A stretch of DNA of 64,000 bases from a virus. Where the stretch lies: IMG/VR virus record IMGVR_UViG_3300037454_000906, positions 1 to 64,000 of that record; one strand, given 5' to 3'. Positions within the stretch are counted from its first letter, which is position 1, and the number at the start of each line of letters is the position of its first letter. Positions 29,955 through 42,300 of this stretch are shown here, one piece after another. The notes beneath the pieces are model-generated. The model did not search any database, had not been told where the DNA came from, and saw nothing but the letters and a program-made list of their open reading frames with translations. The position numbers were made by a program, and so were the translations under genes.

Positions 29955-32900
29955 TTACTTCTTACCCTTCTGTATGCCGTCCGGCATACTCCACAACAGG
30001 TTGTTCTGCGCCCTGGCGAGGCTTTCCGCGAGGCTCACCGCATCGGCGATTGTGTATTCGTCGATGAAGGTCACGGTCGGGAAACCAACCTTGGAATAAG
30101 CCTTCTTCACGTCTGCCTGATTGAAGGAGAGGACAACTTTCAGCATGTTCTTCTTCTTGGCTACTACCGGGGTGATGCCCACAGTGTGGTGGGCATCGCA
30201 CAGCCCGTCACTCAAAGTGAACAGTGCGAAGTCGGTCTTTGGCCCTTCCATCAACTTCTTGCGGGTGTGCTGACAGGACAGGTACTTCTTGGATTTCAGT
30301 TCTTTCAGTTCGCTCTTGGTGAACTTGCGTTCCTTGACTTTGCAGCGCATTGTTACCCCCATTGCTTTTTGAGTCTGCGGTTAATGAGTTCCTGGGCAAT
30401 CATCGCGTTAGACATGGATTCGACCATGTTGATTACAGCCCAGAGTTGGTCACGGACTTCGTAATGCGTCCCATGACGGAAATATTCCTGGTTGGAGGTG
30501 ATGGCATGCACCTTGTTGGTAAAGTCTCTCACCGCTTCGGCAAATTCCCATTCAGCACACTTGTGTTCTGCGGTCAAGCGGTCGGCATCTTTCGACGCCT
30601 TGTCATAGTCAACAAACGCTTTCGGGCTATGTTCCACCCATGTATGGCATCCGCTACGGGCCTGGTCCTCCTGGACCACCTGGAAAGACGTGCTGTAAAG
30701 GGATCGTGCGGCGCACCATTTCTGTTTCGATTCTGCCATACTAGTCCTCACATATTGTATCTATTGTGTACATGATGATTTCGCGCGGATTGACCACGGA
30801 GGAGAAACACAGGGTGCATTTACTCCGGGAGACGAACTGGTCGGCAATATGCTCGATGCGGTCATTGAACCCGTCGCCATAGATCAGGTTGAACGTCGGC
30901 TCACTGGTGAACTTGCACCACAGTCGCTCTGCTTTATCACTGCATAGACCGACCGCTTTCATAGCCTGCACGGTGAGACGCTTTATGTTCTCGAGTTCGC
31001 TATCATTGCTCGCCTTGGCGAGAATGGCTGGGGAACACTTTGTACATAGGCATTCCTGGGAAAGGCGGTGTGCTTCATAGCAACACGACATGATAAGTAT
31101 CTTCATTGTTCAACTCCTTGCGATTGATGTGCTTGCGTTCTGTTCCCGATCCCCACCGGAGCCGTGTCGTGCGGCACACGGTCATGCGTACGTGTCTCCG
31201 GTTACTGTCTTCTCTTGATCAGGTATATCTTGGTCTCGCGGTCGCGTTCGCTTTCGGGATATGGCTCGTTATGCCAGTCGATGCGGCATCGTATCTCGGT
31301 TCCAATTTCTTCCCGTTCGTGACGCTCCATGCACATCTTGATGAATTTGTCAAGGTCGGAAACCTTGCGGATGCGCCACTTCTCGTACATTGCGGCGTAT
31401 TTCCGTTCAATTTCCTCGGACTTGCGGGAACGCGTTTCTTCATTGATATCCAGGTTCTCGAACTGCGCCCACAGTTCCTTTATCTCCTCGTCCTCCCGTT
31501 CCTGCAATTTCATCAATTCGTCATCGCGGAGATACGCGTAGCTGCGGGAACCCGTATTGCCCGGATGCTTTTCGAGGAACGCCCGCAGGTATTCGCGTAT
31601 CCTATCCCATGCGGCACTGGTCTTGAGCACATCCCTTGACAGTCGCCATCCAGGGTCGCCAATTATCATGTGCGTGTACACTATCGACAAAATCGCCATA
31701 ACATCGATCTCCTTACATGGTGTGCAAAAATGTAAAATATTTTTAACCGTGTCCGGTAATACTTTTGACAGTAAAAAATACTATCTTTATAATGTCGCCG
31801 GGTTTGGCGTTCTTTGGGACCCACGTGGCCCGGCGACAGGATAAACCATTTCCTTCCGAACCATGTGGGTCCCTTTGTATTCAGCGCATCAGTCGTTGGC
31901 CAGGAAGTCGATCGAATTGCCGAGGAGCTTATGGTCGATGTACTGGTACAGGCGCGGCATGCCCTTGAACTTCTCGCGCAGAGCGACGCACTGGTTGGCG
32001 AACTGGATCAGTTCTTCGAACCCGCCACCCTCGATCGCGGCAAGGGTATCCAGGTGTTCCTGGCGGTCGCGTTTCAGGGAATCGAGGTACGGCCCGGTGA
32101 TTCCGAGAAGCACCTGCTCCGCAGTCGGTTCCACCAGGGGAACCCTGTTTGTCCCCTCTTTCCATTTGAAATCCGGCCAGTTGGCGCATACCCAGTCGTA
32201 TACGTTATTGTAGTTGAAGCCGAAGTAGAAATCGAAGGATTCGATGGCGCGGTCGCAGAGCTCGCCCTTGTCGATGCACGAAATCTTGACCTGGTAACCG
32301 CTAGTGTTGCCGTAGAAGTCATGCGTCTTGTTGACGGTGACATACCTGTACGTGTACCCGCCGCTCCCGCTGCCCCAGGATTCCGGGAGGTCGCCCATCG
32401 CGAAATTGGAGGTGAAGTTCTTGCGCTCGGAGCCATCCTTCTTCGTATTGAGACGGAGGAAGCCGAGGGCGAGAATGCTGTTGTCGAGTGATGCAATGGC
32501 CTTCTTCACCTCGGTCACCAAGGTGTTCTTTTCGTTTCTTTGGGAGGATGTAAGTTCCATCGTCGTTTCTCCTTGTTGTGTTGTGCCCGCAGGATATGCC
32601 GTCGGGCCCCACCGTATCCGGTGGGTACCCCGCGCGGTCGGTCTATTTCGTAACCGCCTCGATCAGTCGCGTGGCGACAGCGATGTCCCGCATTGCCATG
32701 GCGTTGAAGTCAAGTTCTTCCTTCGAATTGCTATCCGGTACGTAGGCATCCAACGCGTCCAGGATAGCGGCCTTCGGTGTCTCGCCCACCCCGACAACCC
32801 TGACCGTCTTGCCTTCCGGGGGGATGACGAACGTGACGTACGCGCCATATTTCGCCTTCGGTGCCCCGGTGCCCGCTCTCTCGACGAGACGGGCATGCCT

Positions 32901-35900
32901 GGCGAGCATTTCCTGGTATAGCGGGTGATTCATCTGCTCGACTTCCTTCAACGGCCTCACCCCCGCGCCGGAAAAGCTGTAAAATGCATTGGGGAAACAG
33001 TTCACCAGGGATTCGAGGCTGATTCCCCTTTCGGTTTCCTCCGTGTGGCGAATGAACCTTTCGGCTAGATCCGCGATGCGGTTGAGTGCGTCCGTGAGTT
33101 TCTTTACGGTGTCGATCAATGCCATGGGTTCATCCTAGAACTCGACTGATATGATTTGTTCGAACGGGATGAACTTGGTGTGGCTGTATCTGGGGGGTTC
33201 CCCATCCAGCTTCATCGGAAGCATCCCGAAATTGGCAATGCTGTACTTATGTCCCGCGTCATCAACCACAAGTTCGTCTTTCCCAATATCCTTGGGGTCA
33301 ACGCCCGACTGAAGCGGTTCGAGGTGGTTAAGTTTAACCGAAAGGAGCCCATTATACACATGGACTTCGTCCAGGAATACCTTCGGCTTCCCACCCACCT
33401 GGATTGTGCTAATCCCCGGGATTTCTTCGGTCACGACAATGGCACTCTGGGCGCACTTATCGCGGGGAGTGTATGTAATCAAGTAAATTCCGTGGGAATT
33501 GGCTTCATGCAGCATGTCATTGCATTCTTGCAAGTCCATCTGTACCTCCTGTGTTGTTCTGTGTCCATGGTGTTACACCGGATCAAACCGGGTGCGTGAC
33601 GTGGCGTACGCGGTGCGTTTACTTGCCAAATTTCCACCAGATGTCTCTGGCCAGTTCGCACGCGATTGATGCGGGATATGTCTTGGCCATGATGTAACAC
33701 CCGGCCACGATGCAATCCGGTGGAACCGCGGGGGTCCCGAAAGTGGCTATGAATGCGCTCACTGCGTCAGTGAGCGACTTGGGGTCGGGTTCGTGCACTT
33801 TGATGACGAAGCTCCCGTTTTCCTCGTCCAGGGAAAGAATGTCAAGTCTGTGGTCCATTTTGTTTTCTCCGCGTTACATTACCACCGGGTCCCCTGTCAC
33901 CGGGACCCGGCACTCGCGGTTGGCTACGAATTAGCCAGGTAATGAATCTTGGTTGCGTAGTTGTCCAGGTCTACTGTTGAATATGTCACGTTGAGACCGT
34001 TCGCCCACGAAATCAGCTTCGAGAACACAGAGGTCCCCGTGGAAATGTGATTGGTCTGTACCTGGAAGCACGGGTGGGTGGGCTTGAGGAACAGGAGTTC
34101 GGGGAACGTCTCGGTTATCTTTCCGTCAACGTTGTGACTCACGGTGGCGGTGAACTTGACCGCATGGGGATAGTCGGAGATTACTCCATAGAGCAATTCA
34201 TGTGTGTTCTTTGCCTTCTTCATGTTCGGCTCCTTGTACATGTGCATACGTCGTGATCCCGGCCTCCACCGGATTCGATGGAACCGGAACACGGATGTAA
34301 TGGAATGGATGGGTCCGGGACCGCAGAGGCTCTCCCGGCATAATCTACTCGTCCGTAGTGCGACTTTCGTTAACGGTTCTGTCTGGCTCCGCGACCTAGA
34401 CTACGATTCATTCGCGGGACAACCCATCCAAGTTTCTATTTTGCCTTTCGGTCGCGGGTTACTTCCGCGATGAAGGGGTCAAGATATTTATCCAACTGTT
34501 CCATCACGCTGTTCAAGGCGTTATGGAAAACTCGATCGGTAGCTGCCGCCAACCTGCGCCATTCGAGGCAGTTGTCGGTGTCCTTCAATGCCGATACATT
34601 TACGCCAAACTTACCATTTCCCCCCATGTAGTGAAGGGATGCGGTAACCTTGATATTGGCCGGAATATACACCCCATGTATGCTATACATGCAGTACATA
34701 TTGCCTGGACTCTCGATATCATTTTCGATGGCCGAATCCACGGCGGGTTCACACTCGAACCGCTCACACAAAGCGGCATGGAGCTCAGCAATTTCCTGCG
34801 GAAATTTAGTCACTTTGAAATCAATCGGACCCTTGGTCGGCATAAAGGTTTACTCCATTTTCAGTAGTTATTTTTCGCAGTTATCCTCGGTGCAAAAGTT
34901 GGTGCAGAAACCATCGTGGCAGAACCCGTAGGTGTCGGAAAGCCAGTCGGCCACGTCATCCTCGTCCATGTAATACGGGACGATTACGGATCGAGGGAGG
35001 CCGCATTCTTTGTATGTCGCACCATCGGTGTCCCACTTGATGCGATATGCCTTGTGTGGCTTCGTCATAAGAAGGCCCTTGGCGTTCCTTGGGTTCTGAT
35101 TCATTTCGGTGTCCCCATCGGTGGCTTCGACGAATGGGGCACCGGACTGCTTCAGAGCCCAGATATCTTCCTGAATCTCACCGAGTTTCTTCGTGGTCAG
35201 ACACTTACCATTGTACCCGTACCACTTGTCGAAGAACGGAATAAACGCAGGGTTCGACTGTTGAACCCCGTCGGGAACATAAATCCCGCTGTAAGCCATG
35301 CTGCGCCGTGGGTAATACGTGTAGCAGAAGAAATTCAGTCTTTGTTTCTTCTTGTCAGCTTGGGTATATGATACGAATACTACACTGGAATTGTCGATTC
35401 TGAACCCGATGCAGAAATCGCCAAATTGTTTACGAATTGTACTCATGGAATGCTCTCCTTGTTAATTGTTGACCATACGCTGTGTCACCGGACACCCCCG
35501 GATCGGGGACACCCGTTAAACGGCGGGTCACTTGATAAGTTCATCTATCATCAAGCGAACGGCCAGGGGGGAATACCAGGGGCACATTCGTATTCTGCGA
35601 TTCGGGTATCTGGTTGTCACTCACGACGGTTTCCCCCATCTTCCATGATGGCCGCTGTGTCTAGGTGGAAATGTATGTCATCGGGAATTGTATTCAAGCG
35701 GAAGTTCACGACGCGCTTGCTTTGCTAACGTTGGCCCCCGTCCCCATCGGAACGGACACCCCTTACGTGCATTCGGTACTAGATGCGATCACGGAGACCC
35801 TTCAATATGATGTTGATTGCTCGGGCTTGTTCCTCATAGGAAGACAATTTCAAAATTTCTTCGCATGACGCTTCAAGCGGCTTGCCGTCCTTGCCAATCA

Positions 35901-37122
35901 CGCTCTCCCATTCATCGAAGCCCGGCATTTCCTCCGGGAGCGGTTGGAAAAATTCCTCGTTACTATCCCACTCGGAAAACTTGTTCACGGCAATCTTGAT
36001 GCGCTTGCAGTCTCCGCTGATGACAACGGCATTACCAAGGTCGCTGTAGTATTTCTGGAAACGCTTCACGTGAACGTTCTTGCCCTGGTGGTGACGTACA
36101 CAGATACTGTGAAGTTCATGGGGCCAAAACCAGTCGGGAATAGGCGAATCGCTGTACTCCACCATGTTCCCTTCCACATAATGGGCCATGGCCATCAACG
36201 CGGACATTGCGGTCCTGTAACACTCATGGCACTCATGGTCGTTCACGAAGTACACGGTGTCACCGAAGTCGTCCCGCTTGGCAACAAGGTACGTGCTGTC
36301 CCCGAGGTAGATTTCCTCGCTATTGCGCCAGTCACCGTTGACTTCCGGCTTGCCGTAGCCGAGGACGCGAATGACCTTAAGGTCCCTGGCCGTGAAATAC
36401 TTGCTATCCTTGATATCCATGCTGCTCTCCTTGTTAAGTTCTGTCCCCAGGTTGTAATCCCGGACACCACCGGATCGGGGACCGAAACCGCACGGTATGC
36501 ACATCACTCGATGTTCACGTATTCCTTCGTCTCGACAAAGGCATCCTCGATGCCCTGGTCAAGCGCGTCCACGGCCTTCGCCACGGAGCGTAGCACAGTT
36601 TCGAGGTCATCCGATTCCTTGAACACCTTGCTGATGATAAGGTTGTTCTCGCCTTCCTTCCATCCCGGAGGGACCTCGTCGTGCATGATGTTGAAGTGCG
36701 GGACACAACTCTGGTAAGACTTGCCCAAGAACACCTTGGCAACGATGTGCATGTAGTTGCTCACGTAGGTGAGTCTGTCACCGACGTTGTTCTTGTTGAA
36801 GTGATAGCCCTCCTCGGAGAGCTTCTCAATGAGTTCGTCTGAAAATTCCATCGCAACCCCCTTAACTTACCTTCGGGTACACCTTGTTGATGACTGCCTT
36901 GATCGAGGTGGGTACGTTATTGGAATACACGTTCACCGTGACATAATTGTCTTCCTTCCATGACGCGAAGGTGAGGCCGACTGCGATAATGCCGCTGTCA
37001 TAGTTCACCTCGCTGATGTAAAGGCGCGGTTCCGCAACACGAAGCACGGTTTCCAAGAGTTCGAGCTGTTCCTTGCTGAACTCGGCCATCGCGAGGTCGT
37101 TCTTGGTCTGAATAATCTTCAT
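29955..37122 (-). CDS. Hypothetical ORFs: 29955..30362, 30353..30751, 30741..31106, 31202..31699, 31889..32560, 32643..33125, 33135..33539, 33619..33858, 33924..~34220, 34436..34843, 34868..35446, 35779..~36420, 36504..36851, 36862..37122
   Basis: Co-directional and RBS-supported; many are separated by the hairpin repeat. Confidence 0.6.
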
Positions 37123-37176
37123 GGGATTCCTCCTCGTTAAGTTCTGTCCATACGCTGTGCGCCCGGAGTCAACCCG

Positions 37177-37597
37177 CTACGGTCGGCTCCCTGCACGGTC
37201 GATCTGTGCACCCGTTTCCAGGGCAAGCGCGACGGCGAGGTCACGCGCCTGCTTTTCCGCATTCGCTATGACCTTCGGCACATCATCCAGGATAGCCACG
37301 TGTTCCGTGGTCTTGCCGAGGTGGTGCACCGTCTCGTCCTTTATCTGCTCGAAGATGCTCACGGTAAACTTAAGGGGCTCATTCGTGGCCCTGATGTTCA
37401 ATCCGTAGTAAACGCCCTTTATGGCGCAGAACATCCTGGACAATCCGAAAAAAACGACGCGGGGTGTCCTTGGTGTACCCGTAGCCCCATACGCTTTCCG
37501 GCGTGGTTGCATTCGGGTTCCGCGGGTGTGCCTTTACGTACTCCTGTATCTTCTCGAACACTTCGGGTGTAAACGTTGCAGTTGTGCGCATGGGCAC
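37177..37597 (-). pseudogene. Gene split by a one-base frameshift in a T7 run
   Basis: ORFs 37379..37597 and 37177..37512 join in frame (..TPRRFF|GLSRMFCAIKG..) if one T of the run at 37448-37454 is removed. Confidence 0.55.
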
Positions 37598-37600
37598 CTC

Positions 37601-39162
37601 CTATACGGACATGTAATAGTTCAGAATCTCGGCGATACGGGAATCGTTGTCGAGGTCCACGACATCGGTGAGAAGTTGCGTGGGGCACCTGGCGAGACAC
37701 AGGTGCGAGCCTTCATTGTCCACAACGACTTTGCACTTTACCTTTGTCCCGGTCTCCTTGCGGTTGACCGTGAAGTTAATAGTGATTGTGCCGGACTCGG
37801 GTTCTATCTCGATGATGCCCGGGTACCATGCCAGTTCGTACTTGGAGTTCTTGATTATGGCATTGGCGACGATAGCCTGTTGGACGCGCTTCCCCGTGTT
37901 CAACATGGTCGCGCAGTCATCCGCATTGAACGCGATGATGTTCGGCTTGATTGATTCCAGTTTACCCATAAGTGTTCTCCTCGTTGATTTCTGCGCTTAC
38001 GCTGGGACACCGGGGCACACCGGATCTGGCGCGCCCGGAACATGGTAGGTCAGGGAAGCGGGCCGCCATGCAGCCAGTCGTTGTATTTGTCGGCCAAGCC
38101 TACCGTAAGTTTCAGTTCGGGCAGCACGCCGCCGTATTGCTGCCAGGATTCGTATAGCGGCTCGATGTAGACCTTGTTGCCGCTCGTCATCGTGACTTTC
38201 ACCTTCCTGCGGGAAGGTTGGTTCACGAAAAGCAGCTCGACTTTCTTTATCTTGCTGTCTTCGGGTCGTTTGGGACGCATTCGTTCTCTCCTCGTTAACG
38301 GAGTTCCGGGGCAAAGACGCTTAGCTTCTTCACCTCATGCTGATTCTTGTCCTTGCATTCGTCAAGGAAGAACTCCATGATATCCTTGACATCCTTGGGG
38401 TCGCACTTGCCCGTGCCGGGACGAGTGATGTCGTGGTAAGATTCCTTCAGCTCTATGTGGAAGAACCTCTCATGCGTTTCCATGAATATGCCTTCCACCC
38501 AAGAGCGGATATACAACCTGTTCTCGGGGAAGTTGCGGTTCCAGTACAGGATGACGGGGAACCAACATTTCTCGTCGGGATGATATTCCTGCCGGAGAAC
38601 ATATACATTTTCCCAGTTCTTCTTGGCCTTCTTGGGGCCATTGGTGTCCATGATGGTAAAATTCGGTTTCTGGGCCATTACGGTCTCCTTTATACTTTCC
38701 GCGAATACGTTCTGCCCCCAGGTTCCCCGGGATCGGGGACCCGCTGTACATGGTTGGTTATGCGCCGATCTGCAATATGGCGTAGACGATAGGTGTACTT
38801 TCACCCACGGTAACGTAAACATGGCTAATGCCGCCACATTTGAGCCCTTCGTGGAGAAGTTTCAGTTCCTCCGTGCACTCATTGTCATCGGTCACGGTGA
38901 AGTCCAGTATCTTTTCCCAGGGTTCCCCAACGGTTGCGTTGCGACGGATATGCCAGTCACAGGAAGTGATGCCGTGCTTGTAGGCCACTACATGCACATC
39001 TTCATCATAGTTCATGATGGTGTCCTCGACGCTCTGCATCACGGGGATGACCAGGGGGTCGATACTCTCCTTGGTGTCGATTTCCAGTTCCAGTCTCTCG
39101 CACTTGCCGTCGAGGCTAGTGCCGCCGTGGGAAACGAGAATGTATCTACGCTTGTCTGCCAT
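37601..39162 (-). CDS. Hypothetical ORFs: 37601..37969, 38050..38280, 38295..38678, 38758..39162
   Basis: RBS-supported; hairpin copies at ~38000, ~38715 and 39192. Confidence 0.65.
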
Positions 39163-39250
39163 GATTGCCTCCTTGTTGATTTCCTGCCCATACGATGTGC
39201 CACCGGGTCCCCTCGATCGGGGGACACATGGCACACGGTAGGATAGATAG

Positions 39251-39362
39251 GTGCCGGAGACGGACTCGAACCGTCAGGTGCTACTGTTTAGATAGTGCCG
39301 AGCGGCCCACAGTTCTCTCTGCTTTACCGCCCCGTGTCTCTGCCAAATTCCACCATCCGACA
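39251..39362 (-). ncRNA. tRNA-Leu-like RNA with expanded anticodon arm
   Basis: Acceptor TGTCGGA/TCCGGCA; TGGTGGAAT..GGCA..GACAC D region; long variable arm; GACGG-TTCGAGT-CCGTC T arm; anticodon stem GGGCGG/CCGCTC closes 21 nt instead of 7. Confidence 0.65.
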
Positions 39363-39371
39363 CTTGTTAAT

Positions 39372-42300
39372 TTATCCTTTCCAGTCCTCCGGGGTGCATT
39401 CACGCCACGGTACCCAATGCTTCTTGGGATACGGGGTCGTGTGAGTGACGAACATGCGAACATTCGCAACGAGCACATTTCCGTCCAGGCAGTTGATTAC
39501 TACCTTGTGCGTATCGGAGTCGCTTAGACTGGACACAGTCTCACAGGTTTCCTTCCGGGTCTCGAAAGGTACAACCGTTCCCGCCGGGTCGTTGCCGTAC
39601 ACGACAACATTCTTGATGTTATATTCCTCTCCGTCCGCGATGAAATATTTAGCCCAATCCTTCAACATGCCAACACGCGCATAAGTACCCTCGACCGGGA
39701 AATTCTGCGTGAACAACTGGTTCTTGTTCAAAGTCGTGATTATATTTACAATCATACTATCTCCTTGATTGCCATGACCTTACGATGTGCCACCGGGTCC
39801 CCTCGATCGGGGGACACATGGCACACGGTCGGTCTATTGTTTGCGGTTCCACGGTGCCTTCGGCATATATGCGCCGAGCTTCTTCACTTCCTGCACGGGG
39901 CCGCAGGGGTCGTACTCGTCGCATTCGGCCTGGTAATGCGCTACCATGGCATTCACGTGTTCCGGGTCGCACTTGTCCGTTCCAGGACGGCTGATGCTCG
40001 CATAGTCGGACTTCGGCGCCGAATAGTAGTAGGAACTCCCGGTCTCCGTACAGAGGCACTCGACCCAGCAACGGAAGCGGGTGGTCCCGTCTGCCGTGGT
40101 CTCCTCCATGCGGTTCCAAAAGAAGATAATCGGGAACCATGCATTACGATACCTGTTGTACTCCTGACGGAGCGCGTACACGTTCTTCCAGGTGCGCTTG
40201 ATGGCACTACCCTTCGTCATCATCCTATATATTAACGATTTTGCCATGATGCTGTTCTCCTTGTTGTCTTGATGCCCACAGGATATGCAGCCGGGCCCCA
40301 CCCGATCGGGAAGTCCGGCGGTACGGTCTTACTTGATTACCCAACCATCGTCATCTACAACCCACCCGTCAAGTTCATTCGCGATTTGCTTGGCGAAATC
40401 CAGGCTCGGGAGGTGGACCCTGTACTCATGGGTGATTACGTCGTTGCCGTCGTACTCCTTCGCCCAGATGTTGAACACGGGGTCGTTCTTGTGGGGTCCG
40501 CGGTCGAACAAGTCGTGGCTCCCCTTGGCGGGAGGGTATGCCTTGGACAAAATCCTTTCTATGTCGGATGTGGAAACCGTCCACAGGTTCGGGGCGTTGT
40601 CCACAAGGTCCGACAGCCGGGTGTACTTGTAGGTAGTAGTCATGGATAGGTCTCTTTGTTGCCCGTACGATGTGCCATCGGGTCCCCTCGATCGGGGGAC
40701 ACCTGGCACAGGGTTGGCTATTTAGCCCGTTTCAGTACGCGGAGCATCTTGTCATACTCCTTGTCGGAAAGCCTGTTAATTATGATGGAACGGCCCAGTA
40801 TGTACTGTACGCGATTTGTCTCGAAGGATAGTTTGTCCAAGAGGATTTCAAACGCCGCTTGTGCAGCCTCATGATTTTCGAACTGGATAATCGCCCGGTT
40901 GCCGTGGTCCACAGCAAGTGTAAACTTGTCGTGGTCAATGAGAGTGTACTGCATGGTAATCTCCTTTGTTGATTTCCTGCCCGTACGATGTGCCACCGGG
41001 TCCCACCCGATCGGGCAGGACCGGAACACGGTCGCATTACTTCTCGATCCCGAGGTCGTGCATAACACAGTAGGATGCGTTGTTTAGCTGTTGGCTATAC
41101 GCGAACACGCCACGGATTCCGGTCTCCAACGCTTGCAGGTCGCTCTCGCCGCTGTAAACCAACTGGACCAACTGCCCGTCAGTACCAAGGATGTCGAACA
41201 CGGCGTAGCCTCCCGCCTCCTCGATGTCGCGGATTAGATCGATGCCAGGGTTGTTCCCCAAAAGGTCCTTGCGTGTACAATGGGTCTGGATTTCCGTGAT
41301 GGGGCTGCCCTTTATGGTGTTGCAAATCCTGTCGTAAAGTTCCTTGCTCACCTTGCTCACCCCGTTCGAGGGGCCACCAGACCTGGTGCCGACATTCTGG
41401 ATATCCCAAAAATTTTTTACAAAATTTCGGATTTTGTGCTTGAAATAGGCGGTTCCGTCAATCTTCGTCCGATTGCACTTGGCGACCTGTTCACCATCCT
41501 TGAAAATCGTGAACCCGAGCGTTTCATCATCCACATGGACACAGAACACCGCGTCATACTTCTTGTCACCATTGGACACAAGCTCGCCCTTGATTTCGAT
41601 TTCCGTTCCATTCGGGTCATTGACACGCATTTCCTCGAATTTGAACATGCCTCCGAGCGCATCCTTGATACCATCGCGGTAAAGGCAGAAGTAATTTTCA
41701 AGGATGAACGAGGGCAACGATGCCTTCGACGGGATGTCGATACAGTTCCCGTCGTGCATGAGTTCCATGACGTGCTCGCCGTTCGCCACGACGAAACGCA
41801 GCGTGAACACCTTCCCGAGGAACTTGAACTCCGTGTCGTGCCACGGTGCGCTAGGGTCATCCGAGCGTTCCTGGTTGGTCACCTTCGCGCCCGGTACCAT
41901 GATGCCCAGGACTTGCTCGGCGAGTGCGTCCACGCCCTTCAATCCCTCCAGGTAGCCGAAAATCTTCTCAATCATGATGGTATCTCCTTTTTTGGTTTCT
42001 GCCCCTACGTTGGATCCCCGGACCCAACCGGACCAGGGACACGCGGGGCACGGTACGCTAACACTCGACCGTGTTTCCTTCCGCGACGAGGACACGCTTA
42101 TAGTAGTTCCGTACCAGTTGCATCACATCGGGCCATTGGGCATCGGGAATCCTATTCGCGTCAGGTTCATCGACGATGACGAAAAGGGTCGCGCTGTCAT
42201 TCGCATCGCCCTCGTCGGCCTTGATGTTCGCTTCAAGAAGGACGGAGTACACATCGCGGTTTATCCCCACCAGGGTCCCGCATTTCGCCATGGCGCGGAA

